From the NCBI RefSeq assembly GCF_001194135.2, contig NC_069004.1:10519906-10583783 (forward strand): a DNA stretch of 63,878 nt, in the 5' to 3' direction. This document shows positions 37,003 to 50,337 of the stretch, piece by piece; the first letter of the stretch is position 1; every line of letters begins with the position of its first letter. The notes below the pieces were generated by a model, which was not told where the DNA came from, ran no database searches, and worked only from the letters and a program-made list of their open reading frames with translations. The position numbers were made by a program, and so were the translations under genes. This stretch comes from Octopus bimaculoides. Lineage: Eukaryota.

Positions 37003-37320
37003 GAGGCGCAATGGCCCAGTGGTTAGGGCAGTGGACTCGCAGTCGGAGGATCGTGGTTTCGATTCCCAGACCGGGCGTTGTGAGTGTTTATTGAGCGAAA
37101 ACACCTAAAGCTCCATGAGGCTCCAGCAGGGGGTGGTGGCGACCCCTGTTGTACTCTTTCGCCCCAACTTTCTCTCACTCTTTCTTCCTGTTTCTTAAGT
37201 AATGCTGCGATGGACTGGCGTCCCGTCCTGCTGGGGGGGAACACATACGCCATAGAATCTGGGAAACCGGGCCCATGAGCCTGGCTAGGCTTTGAAAGGG
37301 CAGAAAAAAAGAAAAAAAAA
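37003..37320 (+). mobile_element. Family A SINE head with a different 3' half and an A-rich tail (chimera or subfamily)
   Basis: Matches family A to about 37195, then unrelated sequence ending gaaaaaaagaaaaaaaa, flanked by the repeat actcatctaaccat. Confidence 0.7.
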
Positions 37321-38459
37321 ACTCATCTAACCATGGAGGCGCAATNNNNNNNNNNNNNNNNNNNNNNNNNNNNNNNNNNNNNNNNNNNNNNNNNNNNNNN
37401 NNNNNNNNNNNNNNNNNNNNNNNNNNNNNNNNNNNNNNNNNNNNNNNNNNNNNNNNNNNNNNNNNNNNNNNNNNNNNNNNNNNNNNNNNNNNNNNNNNNN
37501 NNNNNNNNNNNNNNNNNNNNNNNNNNNNNNNNNNNNNNNNNNNNNNNNNNNNNNNNNNNNNNNNNNNNNNNNNNNNNNNNNNNNNNNNNNNNNNNNNNNN
37601 NNNNNNNNNNNNNNNNNNNNNNNNNNNNNNNNNNNNNNNNNNNNNNNNNNNNNNNNNNNNNNNNNNNNNNNNNNNNNNNNNNNNNNNNNNNNNNNNNNNN
37701 NNNNNNNNNNNNNNNNNNNNNNNNNNNNNNNNAGATCTCTTACTGTTAAGAGAAATACACACACACATATGCAAATGCTTACTTCATTTATCTAACACAG
37801 CATGTCCACACGTGTGTGTGGGGTATATAACACAGCACACCACCCGGTCTAGGAAATGAACTCATGATCTAGTAATCGCAAGTGGAACTACTAGGCCATG
37901 TGCCCTCACACACACATGTATGTGTATATATATATATATATAAACACACATACACACATGTATGTATATACATACATATATATATAATAATATTAGGGAT
38001 AAGATCCAAAATTACAGGTAAAAACTCAGTTAAAATCAATTTATTAAAAATTAAAATTAAATTAAGTGTCACAGTATAAAATATATATAAATATATAGTT
38101 TTAAGGAAAAGAACCAATGTGTGACAGTGGATTTTCATCAATGAGTTCATGAACCTTGGTTCTTTTCCCTAAAACTATATATATATATATATACATGCAT
38201 ACACACACACATATAAAACAATCCCTTGAAAAATAGGGGTTAAGTTTGGCAACAGCAAAAGCATCTAACCACAAAACCCTGCTACAACTAAGTCCCCCAA
38301 CCAAGTCATGTTCGTCTGGGAGAATACATGTATTTTGATGTTTCTATTGTTTCACAGAACAGTTTGGTGTTTTGTCAAATTTAATCATGTTTCCCATCAA
38401 AACAATTTGTGACCTTGGATGAGGACCATTTTGTATTTTCCATAGAAAAAGTTATTCTT

Positions 38460-38612
38460 GCGCTGAGGACTTTGCAGATAATTCTTGCTGATCCTTGTAG
38501 ATATGTTTCCTGAACCTTATTGATACGTTTACCAAGTAAGATCATGTTTTTCAAGGTTGGTTCTCAAATTCTTTGTCCCTGTTCCCAAAGCTCCAATACT
38601 AACTGACAATAA
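38460..38612 (-). mobile_element. R4/Dong-clade non-LTR retrotransposon C-terminal relic
   Basis: Minus frames read VSIGALGTGTKNLRTNL and QETYLQGSARIICKVLS, resembling the R4 IVGALGTVTKNL...QKxxLLGTARILRKVL terminus. Confidence 0.55.
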
Positions 38613-39680
38613 CTAGGTAGGTGGGGCTCTGAAAGGGGTCTCAGGGAGTAGCATCCCTGCCTTCCTGAGGTAGTTTTCAACCACATTTCTTAAAAATCAT
38701 GGTAGATGCCTTGGTCTCGGGACCACTCATATCTAGAAACTGAGGTTGGGGGTAAGTAAGTGCATACCATTCCATAGAAAATCCAGCTCCAAAAAGCCTC
38801 ATGATAGCAAGGGAGAATGGGCACCAGCCAACCAGTCCAAAGGTTGGGGTGGGCTCCACCTGCCTACCTTGATTGCTTTGGCATTGAGGTAGATCTGGCC
38901 ATCCCCCATTAATGGAAACAAAACCTGGATTTAAAACACTGGATGATGATGATGATGAATTTCATGATCCTGTTTGCTTCTCTGTTATCTTCTCTGATAT
39001 ATAATTTATCTATATATGTGTGTGAAAGCACATGGCTTAATGGTTAGGGTATTCATGATTGTGAGGTCATGAATTCAATTCCTGATGATGCATTGTGGTC
39101 CTTCAGCAAAACACTTTACCTACGTTGCTCCAGTCCACTCAGCTGACAAAAAAATATGTCTTTATATAGTGTCACAAAGACACTATATCAGTGGATAGAC
39201 TAAAAAAGGCCTTCATAAAGATACTGTCCCTGTTCCCACTGCATACAGCACACACACAGCATTACAAACACGGCCTGCACACCCACCTTCACATTCCATG
39301 GCTACCATTGGGATCCATTAGATACTGGACAAGGATTCTGGATAATTTTTCTGGGTTTTTTTCACTTAATTTTTGAGACTGGTCGGATTCATTTTTAGTA
39401 TTCTCGTTTGTGAGAGCAGTTTATATCAGATATTCTCATTTTAAAAATCATCTCTGGCTAATCGTTGAGAGAACATTGGAGTTGCCTTGGTAGACGTTTG
39501 CGCTCTCTGAGTGCTCTTATTAATGTCTTTGTGTTCTGAGTTCAAATTCTGCTGAGGTTGACTTTGCCTTTCGTCCTTTCAGGGTCCATAAATTAAGTAC
39601 CAATCAAGTACTGGGGTTCAAGTGATCGATTGTCACCCTCCCTAGGTGACAATCCAGGCTTTGTGCCTATAGCAGGAAGG

Positions 39681-39748
<68 letters not shown>

Positions 39749-42543
39749 CATTAAGGTGGCAAGCTGGCAGAATCGTTAGCACTGCACTCTGGGGGAAATG
39801 CTTAGCGGTATCTTGTCTATCACTACGTTCTGAGTTCAAATTCCACTGAGGTCGACTTTGCCTTTCATCCTTTTAGGATTAATAAATTAAGTACCAGTGA
39901 AACACTGGGGTCAATGTAATCAACTAGTCCCTTCCTCTTAAATTTCAGGTCTTGTGTCTTTGGGAGAAAGGATTATTATTATTATCATTATTTTCTTTAT
40001 TTCATTATTTGCTTTTCAATAGGTTTGCTGGCAGGGGAATGAGTTCAGGGTGAAGAGAGTTTCAAAAAATGTGTGAAATACGGTCAGTAGATTTAGCACG
40101 TTCTATCTGTGCTACATCATTAATGTGATTAATTAGTTAATTAGACACACACACACTACATATATTATTTTATATATATATATATATTGTTTTAATTTAT
40201 TTTTCTCAACCTTGAGCAACTTAAATGACTGATATAGTAGTCTCAAGCCCTAATTTCTTTATCTCCCCTATTTTTAGTTCACTGAGGTGATAGTAGAGAT
40301 GCAATTTAATCCTGATTTTCATCATCGTCGTCGTCGTCGTCATCAACGCCATCATCATCATCATCATCTTCATTAACACCACCACCATCATCATCATCTT
40401 CAAGTGAGTAATGTAAGAGGTCAGCTTCTGACAAGCCAAGACCTTCAATGCAGTTTCAGTCCTTGGTTGAAGCCATTTCATCTTTGAACACCAACAGCCC
40501 TTGAAAAATGCACGAACATCACAACATTATCTTTCCTTTCACCCAACCTTATCAAACCTTGTGCCCAGTCAACATAAATTACAATCTGTCTCATACATTC
40601 CAATTTATATTCTGATTGCACTCACAATTGCCAGATTGTGGTTTCAATTCCTAAACTGGACAGTGCATTGTGTTCCTGAGGAAAACACTTCACATCACAT
40701 TGTTCTGCAGTCACTTCAACATCTGGTGCGTGGTACACCATGCACCCGTATAGATAATATCAATTTGATGGAGAAAGTGGTGGTGATGATGAACACAACC
40801 CATGATAAACCATCATTAATATAGCTTCTTCTCAAAGGTGGTGAGCTGGCAGAATGATTTCACATCAGGAATCTTGTAAAACAAATACATAAACTTAAAA
40901 TAATGATATTATTTTTGAATTGTTGAATATAATTTTGCTGAAGAAGATAAATGTTTATTCGACATTATTTAAAGACACTTTATGTTTTGGAATCCAGGAA
41001 CTCCTTCAGGGAACCTGTTTTGAGGAAACTGGAGCAATGATTCTACATTGGGCTTTATCAGTATAGGCTTAGAATTATCTTCCTTCAGTTCAGTAACAGG
41101 TCGCACAGCAAGGGAACCTCTACACAGTTTCTTGATTTCCTAGAAATAGCAGCCAAATTTTCCTAGAAGCACCCCCATATACATTGTATGTTGGCACTCT
41201 GTTGGTTACGACGACGAGTGTTCCATTGATCCGATCAAGGGAACAGCCTGCTCGTGAAATTAACGTGCAAGTGGCCCAGCACTCTACAGACACGTGTACC
41301 CTTAACGTAGTTCTCAGGGAGATTCAGCATGACACAGAGTGTGACAAGGCTGACCCTTTGAATTACAAGTACAACAGAAACAGGAAGAAAGAGTGAGAGA
41401 AAGTTGTGGTGAAAGAGTACAGCAGGGTTCGCCACCATCCCCTGCCGGAGCCTCGTGGAGCTTTAGGTATTTTCGCTCAATAAACACGCACAACGCCCGG
41501 TCTGGGAATCAGAACCGTGATCCTAAGACTGCGAGTCTGCTGCCCTAACCACTGGGCCATTGCGCCTCCACTATACATTGTATAATGCATTCCTAAATAT
41601 ATTATATTTGAATGAATAAAAAAATTAAACAAATATATCAATATATATATTATGCCATGAAAAAAAAAAAATTCTTTTAATTTTTTAAACCTTCCTCCCT
41701 ATATATTTAAAATTTCCACTTTTTCGATTTTTTTTTTCAAAATCAGTTTAAAATACAGACATTCCAAATTGTTTGCTTAAATACCAACACTGTACTGCCC
41801 CTGGGGGCACCATCATTCCATTAAATGTGTTTATGGGGATAAGAGTATTGAGAAATATCAATACCTGTTAGAGTGACCAAGAAACAAAGAAGGTATTAGA
41901 TGGTCCTATAACGAGCTAAAAATAATGGCTAAATCGCCCTTAAATCACAAATTTTCTTTTTTCAAAGGCGCATGAATTCCTGAGTGTAGAACACCAAATT
42001 CGCAAAAATTTCCTGAAAATTCCCAATAATAAACAAACGTAATGAGGGGGGTTATATGGGGTACTTAAACCAGAATCCCACCTGACCCAGTACATGACTG
42101 GTACTTTATTTTATCAATCCCGAAAGGATGAAAGGCAAAGTAAGATTTGAAGTTGGATTCTAATGTCTGAAGAAATACTGCTAAGCATTTGGAACAACAT
42201 GGTAACGATTCTGCTAGCTCGTCACCTAAAAAAAAGGTAAAGTTATCCACGGCAGGATTCGAAGGCAAAAAAGTTTTAAAAAATAACAATTTTAATAAGT
42301 CTTTTTGCTATACACGCAAGGTCTGAAATTTTGTGGGAGAGGCCTAGACGATTACATCGACCCCACTTCTCAATTGGAATTTATTTTATCGACCTCAAAG
42401 AGATAAGAAGCAAAGTGGACTTCGGCGGGATTTGAACTCGGAATGTAACGAGTCGGAAGAAATGCCGCTAAACATCTTGTCCAGCGTGCTGACGACTCTG
42501 CCAGTTTGCTGCCTTGATAAATAATTAAATAAATAAAAAGGAA

Positions 42544-42569
42544 CCGGAAGTAAAGATGAAACCGGATGT
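42544..42569 (+). promoter_or_regulatory. Tandem ETS-type motifs (CCGGAAGT, CCGGATGT) just 5' of the GPKOW ATG
   Basis: CCGGAAGT at 42544-42551 and CCGGATGT at 42562-42569, typical of housekeeping-gene core promoters. Function inferred. Confidence 0.5.
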
Positions 42570-42584
42570 GAAGCATAATATAAA

Positions 42585-42751
42585 ATGTCTTCCTCTGAAG
42601 TCGAAAACAAGAAAAGCGGAGGAATTACTTTGACTTTTTCGAAATTTAGTTCCACAAAGAAGCTACAAAAATCTTCGATTGCTGAAGTTAAAGATGCTTT
42701 TAACGATGAAGTTGATTTTGTATCAGGATTTGAAGATAAGAAAGTCCAAGG
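42585..42751 (+). CDS. GPKOW: GPKOW exon 1 (MSSSEVENKKSGGITLTFSKFSS...DFVSGFEDKKVQ)
   Basis: taaaATGt start and gg|gtaatg donor (phase 2). The N-terminal FxF...DFxxGFE pattern is typical of GPKOW/Spp2. All 11 exons join in frame to 1449 nt (482 aa). Confidence 0.85.
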
Positions 42752-43102
42752 GTAATGTTAAAAACCTATCGTTTATTTATATTTTGAAGTCATAATTCCG
42801 TAATTCACGTCTAGGAGGATGTTTTGTGGGAATATAAACAGATCCTTCCCACGAAAAGGAGTTAGGTGAAGTTGACTTCAGCAGGATTCGAAACCGACAT
42901 TTCGGAAAGCTAATGAATCCACTTATTCGAAACCATTATTGTTTATTCTCATGTTGGGTCTGAACGGGCAAGCGTACCAAAGTCTTTCCAGTTGTGGCCA
43001 TCTCATCTTTATTTATCGGGCTTACATTGTCAAATACCTTCCTATTAATTTCTTTTAAAGACTAGGGTATAATTTGTGAGAAATGTGTCTGTTATTCTAG
43101 GA

Positions 43103-43397
43103 CAGGAGTTTTCAAACTGTGGTCCGCGGACCACAGGGGGTCCGCAAGGACAAGACAGGGGGTCCGTAGACAGCAAATACTTTTTATGGGCAATTTGATT
43201 TTATATGTTTTTTAATCGAAATCTTTTAATTGACAATAAACCTATTTGTTAAATACTGTTAAATAAATAAATGTAAAAATATATGTTATTTTAAGCAAAT
43301 ATTCATGTGTAAATTTCATAAGCGTTTATAAGGGGGTCCCTAAGGTAAAGCCTGAAATATAAAGGGGTCCGCAAGTCAAAAAGTTTGAAAACCTAGA
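43103..43397. mobile_element. hAT (Charlie-like) MITE in GPKOW intron 1
   Basis: TIR CAGGAGTTTTCAAACT / AGTTTGAAAACCTAGA, with an 8-bp TSD ttctagga / atctagga resembling the Charlie-type TCTAG target. Confidence 0.75.
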
Positions 43398-44276
43398 ATC
43401 TAGGAGGTCGAGTGACCTTATATACGATCCTTTGTTGGTTCAAAAATAATTTCTTACGTTTATTTTGGTAAATATTCACGCTGTTTTGAATATATTATCC
43501 TGTAAATGCTATTTTTTAAAATATGAGTGTATGTTGAAAAACCAAAACATACATCGACCGGGGCCTACTTCTGTTGCTATGCCTTTACATCTACATAAAA
43601 GAAGAGATGTATTGCTGTATTTTATACATCCATGCTTCCATCAATTCACCCCTACATCGATTTTTTGCAAAGCAGTTATATCTACCCGAAAGAAAACATC
43701 GATTAAATACGTTATATCTTAGAAACCACCGAGACTTAGATATATTGGTAACAACTGTTTTTTTATTAAATAAACCCTATCACCGTCTTTTCTTTTACAA
43801 ACCCTTTTCTTTCGCGAATCACCACAGTCTTTGTCTTTCGAAAGACGATGTTTTTGATAATGCTTCTTCCAAACAAATAATGATCAGTGTTGCAAGTACT
43901 CACCCCCTCCCCGTATATTCGTTATTGTTTAGTTCCAAATGAACCCCAGTCTAGCATACCTGTAGCCAAAGACTTTCCAGCTTTGACTACTAACCCATGT
44001 TATTTATTAAAAGATATATTATCTTTTATTTATTGTAGTCATTTGACTGCAGCCATACTGGGGTGCTGCCTTGAAGGGTTTTAGTCGAATAAATCGATCC
44101 CGGGTCTTATTTTTTTTTAAAGCCTAGTACTTATACTTGGTCTCTTTTACCAAGCTGCTAAGTTACGGGGGATGTAAACACACCGTCACTGGTTGTCAAG
44201 CTGTTGTGGGGTCACGAACACAGATACAAAGACACACACACGTGGATATATACATACATACATATATATATATATA

Positions 44277-44396
44277 TAGCCTGAACAGGATAAACTATCC
44301 CTATTTTGCAGAAAAAAGTGTAAGTGGCTAGCTGTCCACAGCTAGCCACCTACACTTTTCTCTGCAAAATAGGGATAGTTTATCCTGTTCAGGCTA
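44277..44396. repeat. 120-bp hairpin (59-bp arms, 2-nt loop, 2 mismatches) inside the (TA)n of a family B SINE
   Basis: TAGCCTGAACAGG...GGCTAGCTGT cc ACAGCTAGCC...CCTGTTCAGGCTA. Confidence 0.92.
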
Positions 44397-44514
44397 TATT
44401 ATTAGCATTATTCTGCGATTGAGAATTTAAAATCACTTCTTTAACTTTCTAAAAAGATATCTCAACGCTTCTAAAAGAAAACTTTGTTTGTTTATTTACG
44501 TTTGTCGTAATTTG

Positions 44515-44555
<41 letters not shown>

Positions 44556-45295
44556 CATACATATACACGACGGGCTTATTTCAGTTTCTGTTTACCAAAT
44601 CCATTCACAAGGCTTTGGTCAGCCTGAAGCTATAGTAGAAGACACTTGCTGAAGTTGCCATGGAGTGTGACTGAACCTGGAACCATGTAGTTGGGAAGTA
44701 AGCATCTTACCACACAGCCACGTAAGAGACTAGATTATTTATTTTGATCATCTTCTCTAAAGGCAGTAGAATGTTATTTGAGGGAAATTTGGCTGTTATT
44801 TGAAAAAGGTTAAGCAAACACATAAAGGTTTACTTGTTAGTGTAAAGGATCAATTTGTTTGTATGTTATGACAATGAATCAGATACCATTGTGGCACAAA
44901 TTATATACCACAGTTTTACGTCGCAGTAGCCAAAATTTCACAGATGAGCTCATTTTTCAAGAAGAAAGTGATTGGTGGTGTGACTTTCTCTTTTTATAAA
45001 CCTGGGCAAAATGAAGTATTGCACAAAGGAGAATAAATGCTTGAGATGCATGGCACAGTTGTAAGTGTATCTCTACACTGATTTACATCAAAGAAAATAC
45101 CTCTCCCGTCCCCTTAAAATTAAACTTTTTAACTTCACTGAGTTGTTACTGTATCAATGACATGATCTCCTAAACATAAGAACCATCACCAATTTTAATT
45201 TCAATAAACATCAGTGTTGATATTGTTACTTTTAATAATGATGTTATTGTACTTGGTCCAATGTGAGCAATATTCCATTGTCCTTATTTCTGCAG

Positions 45296-45450
45296 CTCCA
45301 AGATAAATGACGAACCAAAAGAATATGTTATACCATGTATCAAAAAAAACGTTTGGCAGAAGACCAACCAAGACAAGAAACCAGCCAACAATAAAGGAGA
45401 AAACCCTTCAAATTCTTTGGAAGATTTGGCAGCCAAAGAAATTATTGCAG
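45296..45450 (+). CDS. GPKOW: GPKOW exon 2 (SKINDEPKEYVIPCIKKNVW...LAAKEIIA)
   Basis: ttctgcag| acceptor, g|gtacag donor, phase 2 to phase 1. Confidence 0.9.
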
Positions 45451-46521
45451 GTACAGGGCTAGGATCCTCTTTTATTTTATTCATCATCATCATTGCTTAA
45501 CGTCCGCTTTCCATGCTAGCATGGGTTGGACGATTTGACTGAGGACTAACCAAGTGAATTAGGTATTTGACTCTTTTTTAAAGCTTAGTCAGAGAGGGAT
45601 GACTTTGTCCATGACCTTTTTTGGGGGCTTTCATGACCAGTGAAAGAAATTATTGTCTGACTGCAATCCTGGCCTGAATATTTGCAACAGGATGGCCCCT
45701 GCTAATGACACCCTACGATCAGGTGTTAAATGGAGTGATAGATTAAATAGATTACCCAAGAATAAATAGAAACAACCTCTCCAATAGTCCTCCACACAAT
45801 TTCCATTTTCCAAATTTTATTTGCGAGTGTTTAATTACCCTGAAACTATGGATAGAAGGGAAGCACTTGCCCAAGGTGTCACGCATGGAGACTGAACCGA
45901 AAACTATTTAGTTTGGATGTGAACTTCTTAACCACCCAATCTTGCCTGCTGCATCTAACAAGGCCATTCACTTACTCCATCTTCAGTTAATGCAAAGCAG
46001 ACAAGAATGTAAAAGGTATATAAGACAAACAAACTATAACAAAATTATCAATGTCTTCATAACTATTGATTCTGTTCCTATTTTAAAGTCTTTTGAGATG
46101 AATTTTACTGATGACTCTGCATCAGTGGACCTCAACTGGCATCCATATGATCTCTGGGGGGGTCCACGCTAGCAAAATAGAAAATTGGTGATCCACTCTA
46201 GTATTTTAAGGGTCCTCAAAAAGTTTTGATTTATATGTATGTATTACAGGAAACAGCTAAGTTTCTTTCTCTAAACAGTTTTTAAACATTGAATGGCTAT
46301 GGTAAAGGTTACATAATTGTAAAGTGAACTTCGTAACCACACAGCCATGTCTGAATCTGAGATGGAAAAACAATAAGAATTTTTTAAAATTAAAATTACA
46401 CATTTGAATCTCAGCAGGTAAAGTGTGTTCCTGAAGTGGTCAGACTTGTCATGTCTATTCCAAAAGTTGTGAAGCAAAAAATAGCACCAGATGTCTCATA
46501 AGGTTTGTTGTCTATTTTCAG

Positions 46522-46661
46522 ATGCCAACAGACAGAATGAAGAATGGAATGAGAGAGGAGTTGAAGATACAGGAATTGCCATTCCATTGCTTCTTCAGAA
46601 TCAGATTCCTTCAGGTTATGAGACAGATGATAGACTTGATGTCTCTTTAAGACCAAATGAG
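46522..46661 (+). CDS. GPKOW: GPKOW exon 3 (…IAIPLLLQNQIPSGYETDDRLDVSLRPNE)
   Basis: ttttcag| acceptor, gag|gtaact donor, phase 1 to phase 0. Confidence 0.92.
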
Positions 46662-47722
46662 GTAACTAGGGCTGTTTTTTATTTTTATTTTTATTTTATT
46701 TATTTATTTATTTTTTGCATATGTAGGCATAGGAGTGGCTGTGTGGTAAGTAGCTTGCATACCAACCACATGGTTCCTGGTTCAGTCCCACTGCGTGGCA
46801 CCTTGGGCTAGTGTCTTCTACTATAGCCTCGGGCCGACCAAAGCCTTGTGAGTGGATTTGGTAGACGGAAACTGAAAGAAGCCCGTCGTATATATGTGTG
46901 TGTGTGTGTGTGTGTGTTTGTGTTTCTCCCCCCCCCCCNNNNNNNNNNNNNNNNNNNNNNNNNNNNNNNNNNNNNNNNNNNNNNNNNNNNNNNNNNNNNN
47001 NNNNNNNNNNNNNNNNNNNNNNNNNNNNNNNNNNNNNNNNNNNNNNNNNNNNNNNNNNNNNNNNNNNNNNNNNNNNNNNNNNNNNNNNNNNNNNNNNNNN
47101 NNNNNNNNNNNNNNNNNNNNNNNNNNNNNNNNNNNNNNNNNACAACTGATGCTGGTGTGTTTACGTCCCCGTAACTTAGCGGTTCGGCAAAAGAGATCGA
47201 TAGAATAAGTACTAGGCATCCAAAGAATAAGTCCTGGGGGTCGATTTGCTCGACTAAAGGTGGTGCTCCAGCATGGTCACAGTCAAATGACTGAAACGAG
47301 TAAAAGAGTAGATGTACATTTATCGATCCTTTGAATAGTCCCATTAACCCCCAGGAGTCGATATCAACCACTTTGGAGATCCCTGGGCTAAACAGTCTGA
47401 CTGGAGTTGGTAAACTGGAGAATTGCACCAGGCTCTCGTCTGTTTCTTGTCAAACGATAATGCAAATGTAGCAAAGCAAGATCTGTGTGGACAGAAACCA
47501 CTTGCCGAGCAAGACTTTCTTGATCTTGATTTCCAGGAACCAAATTGTGTGGTCCATTGATGCTTTCCAAACTATAGTGGGAAGCTATGTGTCTGCCAAG
47601 AGGTTTGGGCTACTGTTTACGGAAACAAAATAGAGCATCAAAGAAGAAGCATTGAACCAATGACAGATACAAAGCTAATAATTAAATTGATGAATATTTT
47701 ATTTTGTGTTCTTAATTGGCAG

Positions 47723-47826
47723 CCTGAAGACATTGAATATGATTCAGTCCCCATTGAACATTTTGGTAAAGCTATACTCCGTGGTATGGGCTGGAAAGAT
47801 GGAGAAGGCATTGGAAAAAATAAGAA
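47723..47826 (+). CDS. GPKOW: GPKOW exon 4, G-patch (YDSVPIEHFGKAILRGMGWKDGEGIGKN)
   Basis: ggcag| acceptor, aa|gtgagt donor. Canonical G-patch motif. Confidence 0.95.
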
Positions 47827-49447
47827 GTGAGTAAGACAGATTTTGTTTCTTTATACCATTTATATATATATTTAGTGTGAGGGCGCAATGGCCCATTGGT
47901 TAGGGCAGCGGACTCGCGGTCATAGGATCGCGGTTTCGATTCCCAGACCGGGCGTTGTGAGTGTTTATTGAGCGAAAACACCTAAAGCTCCACGAGGCTC
48001 CGGCAGGGGATGGTGGCGAACCCTGCTTTACTCTTTCACCACAACTTTCTCTCACTCTTTTTTTCTGTTTCTGTTGTGCCTGTAATTCAAAGGGCCAGCC
48101 TTGTCACACTGTGTCATGCTGAATATCCCCGAGAACTACATTAAGGGTACACGCGTCTGTGGAGTGTTCAGCTACTTGCACGTTAATNNNNNNNNNNGAG
48201 TGTTTATTGAGCGAAAACACCTAAAGCTCCACGAGGCTCCGGCAGGGGATGGTGGCGAACCCTGCTTTACTCTTTCACCACAACTTTCTCTCACTCTTTT
48301 TTTCTGTTTCTGTTGTGCCTGTAATTCAAAGGGCCAGCCTTGTCACACTGTGTCATGCTGAATATCCCCGAGAACTACATTAAGGGTACACGCGTCTGTG
48401 GAGTGTTCAGCTACTTGCACGTTAATTTCACGAGCAGGCTGTTCCGTTGAACGGATCAACTGGAACCCTCGACGTCGTAAGCAACGGAGTGCCAACAACA
48501 CAATATATATAGTTCAGGTTTTTCACTGGGGCATCACTGCTTCCTGGCATTTCTGACTGTGAGTGGGGGATGAGGGACTAACTCAGTTGGTGCAGATATC
48601 TCTGAGGGTCTTTGTTTGAAGGGGTCAGTTTCAATGGCATTTACATCCTTTGTTGATATACAGCAATTAAGGATATACATATATAGGTGCAGGTATGGTT
48701 GTGTGGTAAGAAGCTTGCTTCCCAACCACATGGTTCCGGGTTCAATCCCTTGGGCAAGTGTCTTCTACTATAGCGTCAGGCTGACCAAAGCCTTGTGAGC
48801 AGATTTGATAGATGGAAACTGAGAAATGCCATCACACACACACACGCACGCACACATATACACACATGCACACACACACACACATATACATACATACATA
48901 TATATGTGTTCAGTCCCACTGCATTGCACCTTGGGCAAGTGTCTTCTACTAAAGCCTCGGACTGACCAAAGCCTTGTGAGTGGATTTGGTAGACGGAAAC
49001 TGAAAGAAGCCTGCCATACATATACATATGTATATATTTGTGTGTCTGTGTAGAGTAGACTGAGTGCTTTTTATGTGGCACCAGCACAGGTGAGGTCAGT
49101 TTTGGCATGTTTTTTTACAGCTGGATGCCCTTCCAAATGCCAACCATTTCACAGTGTGGACTGGATGCTTTTTACATGAGAAATATGGTGAAGTCTAGAC
49201 AGGTCAGGCAAACCAGTGATGGATGGTTGACCTCCATGAAAAAATAGAAGGCCACAGCCTAATGACTGGACTGATGAGTCACAGACCTACCCTAGTGTTG
49301 GGTATTATGTTTTTCACCAATATTAGTCTTTTGTAGGGTGTGTGTGACTGGCCAGTTTGAACATAACGCAGGTAGAATATTTGGGCCAGATATGACCTGA
49401 TGGTTTAAATGCTGAAGGGTTAATCATCCAGTTTTGTTATTTTTCAG

Positions 49448-49640
49448 GTTGGTGAACCCTACAGATGTTGTTATTCGTCCAAAAGGAATGGGTCTCGGTG
49501 CTGACAAGAGTGCCGTGAAACAACTAAACCTCAATAAAGGCAGCCATCAAAAGAAAGACAGTGATGACAGCCCCTTGGTCTTAAAGACGGGTTCACACTG
49601 TGTGGTTGAGAAAGGGTCTTCAAAAGGTCTTTATGGAACT
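49448..49640 (+). CDS. GPKOW: GPKOW exon 5 (RPKGMGLGAD...KOW1 start)
   Basis: tttttcag| acceptor, act|gtaagt donor, phase 2 to phase 0. Confidence 0.95.
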
Positions 49641-50204
49641 GTAAGTTCATTGACCATCTTTATATTTTACTGGTTTTATTTTTTGCTGTTCTAGTTTGAT
49701 CCCAGATCAAATCTATTGATACTCAGTTATGATAAAAAAAAATAGATTCCATCCATAACAATCCTGTCATTTTAGGGGATCCAGGACTACATTATCTAAT
49801 GAGCACTACTTCCCTTTTTTTTTAAGATGATAGAGTAGAATTTAAAGTAGATTTGGCTGCTATTTCTAGCTGGCCATTTCTACAAAGGTGCTTGTTTAGG
49901 TCTTTATGAAATTGTAAGGAGATTGGCCACATCTTTTCCAGATTTTATTTTTAATGAGGGAATAACAGGGGACTGAGACGCCTGGTGGTTTGCTGCGCTT
50001 GAAAAGACATGTCAAGCTCCTGTCAAACTGTCCAACCTATACCAGCATGGAAAACAGATGTTAAATGATGATGATGATGATGCATGCATCTTTATGAAGA
50101 TGTGTGTTTCATTGAAGAAAGACAGAGAGAGAGAGAGAGAGAGAGAATATAACAACACTGAGATAGGGAGATATTTATTTTCTCTTTTTTTCTGTCTCTC
50201 TCAG

Positions 50205-50337
50205 GTTGTAGGAGTTGATGAAGACAATGCACGAGTACTGGTAAAACTATCCATCAACAGCAACACCATCACAGTCAGCCAGTACACCATACGGCTGGTA
50301 CACAAGAAGGAGTACGACAAATACCACAAATACCTGA
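50205..50337 (+). CDS. GPKOW: GPKOW exon 6 (VVGVDEDNARVLVKL...KYL)
   Basis: tctctctcag| acceptor, a|gtgag donor, phase 0 to phase 1. Confidence 0.93.

Noticed and set aside
47958-48417. Apparent 230-bp tandem duplication of a SINE
   Set aside because: The two copies appear identical, including private variants, and are separated by a 10-N gap. This is most likely an unmerged contig overlap.
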